64,000 nucleotides of DNA from a virus (Duplodnaviria; Caudoviricetes), in the IMG/VR virus record IMGVR_UViG_3300029305_005387. One strand, given 5' to 3'. The first letter of the stretch is position 1. Each line of letters begins with the position of its first letter. The notes below the pieces were generated by a model that worked only from the letters and a program-made list of their open reading frames with translations, was not told the origin of the DNA and ran no database searches. A program made the translations under genes and the position numbers. Shown here in pieces: positions 61,808-64,000 of the stretch.

Positions 61808-63877
61808 ATGGAACGTCCTGAAAATTATTCATATTATGTTAATAAAAACAATGGTATTCCATTCAGAGATTGGCCGGATGAATGTAAAAGATATAAAAAC
61901 TATCAACGTATTATTCGTTTACATCCAGAATGGGCTACACTAACAATGGAAGAAATAAAAGTAAAGCAGAAGGAAAATCATCAGAAAGCTGCTGCTAATG
62001 CTCGTAAAGTCAATCAGGTTAAATGGAAGAATCTTTCTGAAGAAGAGAAGAAGAATATCAATAAGAAGAAAGGTAGTTTCTATCAAAATATGAGTGAAGA
62101 GGAAAAGAAAGCTCATAATGAAGTATTACGAGAACGATCACAAAAGTTCTGGGATGGAATGAGTGATCAAGAACGTAAAGATTTCGGAAAGTACCGATGG
62201 GACTTGAAAACAGAAGCAGAAAAGTTGGAGATTATCAATCGATTTAATCAAGCTGGTGTTGAACGAATGAAAAATCTTTCTAAAGAAGAAATTGATAGAC
62301 AAATAGCTGCGATGAATGAAACACGTAAAAAGAAACTAGAAGAAGATTTAGCATTTAGATTTGATCAGATTGCTTTATTAAGATTTAATAATGAAGAATA
62401 TTTCAATAGTTTAACTGAAGAAGAACGAAAAGAACACTATGAAAATATGGTAGCTAAGTCTGTAGCTAAACAGAAAGAAATGTGGGAAAACGATCCTGAA
62501 TATCGAGAAAAACAAATTGAGAGGTTAATAGCTATTAGTCCTCTCGGAAGTAGTGTTATTAAGGATAAATGGGAAAATGATCCAGAATTTAGATCTCGTA
62601 ATCTTGATATTCTTAATAAGGCTAGATATGAGTTTTGGAAATCATTAGATGCTAAAGAACGTTCTAAAATTCTTACCAGAAATAAATTGAATCAAAGATT
62701 TGAAAAACAATTCAACAGTTCCATATTGAGAAATGATTTTATTATAGAACCTGAATACATTATCAAGAATGATGAAAGTGTTAGTACTAATAAATGGGAT
62801 TATGCAATATTTGACAAGAATACCAAAGAATTAGTACTTTTATTAGATCTAGATGGTAAATTTTATCATGGAGATTCTAATGATTATACAGATATTCATT
62901 CTAATGAAGATGTTGATGAAAGAAGAGGTTATTTTGTACCATCGGATGTTAAAATTCAGATAATTACAGAAGATAATTTCATAGATGGATTTAAAGAATT
63001 AATGAAACAATTATACATGAATTATGATGAATATATTGAATCTTTATTTCATCAATATAAGAATATGGCATTCCCATATCCTCATTACACAAATAAAGAA
63101 CTTATCGATTCTATAAAACAACTTATTCGTTTTAATCCAGAACATAAATATTTGACATTATCCAGTAGAAATAGAGAGGGTGATCGTTTAATACAACATT
63201 TCCACCATTCAATATATCATGCAAAGAAGAATGGTAATATCAGTCCATACCAAGCATGGAACGATGATAAATTATTACGTAAATGCATTGAAAATAGAAC
63301 TCTGTATAGAACGAGTATTGATCCAAATAAAATACTCCAAGGATTTAATGTTAGTAAGATTGCACCGAAGGTCAGTGTATTCAGTGCAGGTAGAGCAAAG
63401 ATGATTATTAATAAATATTTATCACAATATAATGAAATATTTGATCCATTCAGTGGATTCTCAGGACGTATGTTAGGAGCAATATCATTAGGTAAAAGAT
63501 ACATTGGTCAAGATCTATCAGGAATACATGTGGAAGAGAGTAATAAGATAATCGATTTTCTGAAAAGAACTATCAATCATTATCCAAATATGATTCTTCC
63601 TACAGTAATTCAGAAAGATATATTAAAGTCTTCAGGAGAATGCCATTCTCTATTCACATGTCCTCCATATTCAGATAAAGAAATATGGCAATGTAATATA
63701 TGTGATAAGAGGACATGTGATGATTGGATAGACGAATGTCTATCTAGATTTAAATGTGAACGATATGTATTTATAGTAGATAATACTGTAAAGTATAAGG
63801 AATATATTGTAGATGAAATTGTAAACAAATCACATCTTGGAAAAAATAATGAATATGTAATAGTTATTGATAGATAG
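61808..63877 (+). CDS. Fusion of helical repeats, Vsr/DUF559-like nuclease and amino-DNA methyltransferase
   Basis: WENDPE repeats; WDYAIF...LDLDGKFYHG; MTase motif I FDPFSGFSG then motif IV-like TCPPY. Confidence 0.7.
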   Translation: MERPENYSYYVNKNNGIPFRDWPDECKRYKNYQRIIRLHPEWATLTMEEIKVKQKENHQKAAANARKVNQVKWKNLSEEEKKNINKKKGSFYQNMSEEEKKAHNEVLRERSQKFWDGMSDQERKDFGKYRWDLKTEAEKLEIINRFNQAGVERMKNLSKEEIDRQIAAMNETRKKKLEEDLAFRFDQIALLRFNNEEYFNSLTEEERKEHYENMVAKSVAKQKEMWENDPEYREKQIERLIAISPLGSSVIKDKWENDPEFRSRNLDILNKARYEFWKSLDAKERSKILTRNKLNQRFEKQFNSSILRNDFIIEPEYIIKNDESVSTNKWDYAIFDKNTKELVLLLDLDGKFYHGDSNDYTDIHSNEDVDERRGYFVPSDVKIQIITEDNFIDGFKELMKQLYMNYDEYIESLFHQYKNMAFPYPHYTNKELIDSIKQLIRFNPEHKYLTLSSRNREGDRLIQHFHHSIYHAKKNGNISPYQAWNDDKLLRKCIENRTLYRTSIDPNKILQGFNVSKIAPKVSVFSAGRAKMIINKYLSQYNEIFDPFSGFSGRMLGAISLGKRYIGQDLSGIHVEESNKIIDFLKRTINHYPNMILPTVIQKDILKSSGECHSLFTCPPYSDKEIWQCNICDKRTCDDWIDECLSRFKCERYVFIVDNTVKYKEYIVDEIVNKSHLGKNNEYVIVIDR

Positions 63878-63900
63878 GGAAGCAGTTGCTTCCCTATCTA
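63871..63900. terminator. Hairpin terminator
   Basis: tagatagggaagca-gt-tgcttccctatcta. Confidence 0.7.
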
Positions 63901-64000
63901 TATTTTTACAAATCTACTACTTTAAATGATTTTGATTTTTTTCTTAATATATCAGCACGTGCATTGGCCCATGCTCGTAATTGTTTTATATCAGCATCAG

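Noticed and set aside
1-64000. Alternative genetic code or stop-codon readthrough explaining fragmented core genes
   Set aside because: Breaks in RNAP, terminase and helicase are explained by group I introns; TAA, TAG and TGA all end normal genes and coding density is high in the standard code

Overview
AT-rich (~30% GC) segment of a jumbo myovirus of the phiKZ/AR9(PBS1)-like supergroup, probably infecting a Firmicute (GGAGG RBSs, MucBP domains). It carries core genes: major capsid, tail sheath and tube, terminase large subunit, a split multisubunit RNA polymerase beta subunit, a probable beta' C-terminal fragment, a DnaB-like helicase and a 5'-3' exonuclease. Four related group I introns interrupt RNAP beta (two), terminase and helicase; three carry HNH endonuclease genes, one doubly frameshifted. 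Splice junctions were reconstructed by hand from P1/P10 pairing and restored protein motifs. The most striking element lies among the tail-fibre genes: a RiPP-like cassette made of a radical SAM/SPASM maturase whose CxxxCxxC motif is split by a mini-intein, a ~750-aa protein with ~89 Cys in CXXX repeats behind a late-type promoter, and a small candidate accessory protein. This suggests enzymatic modification of a virion protein. Other unusual cargo: an ABC half-exporter, MucBP-domain paralogues, head proteins fused to Nudix and permuted papain-like domains, a DHH/deaminase/FolD-like operon and a nuclease-methyltransferase fusion. Candidate early (TATATATTAT) and late (AACA-N6-TAA) promoter motifs and long, near-perfect palindromic terminators recur. 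All family assignments come from motif recognition by eye; no searches were run.
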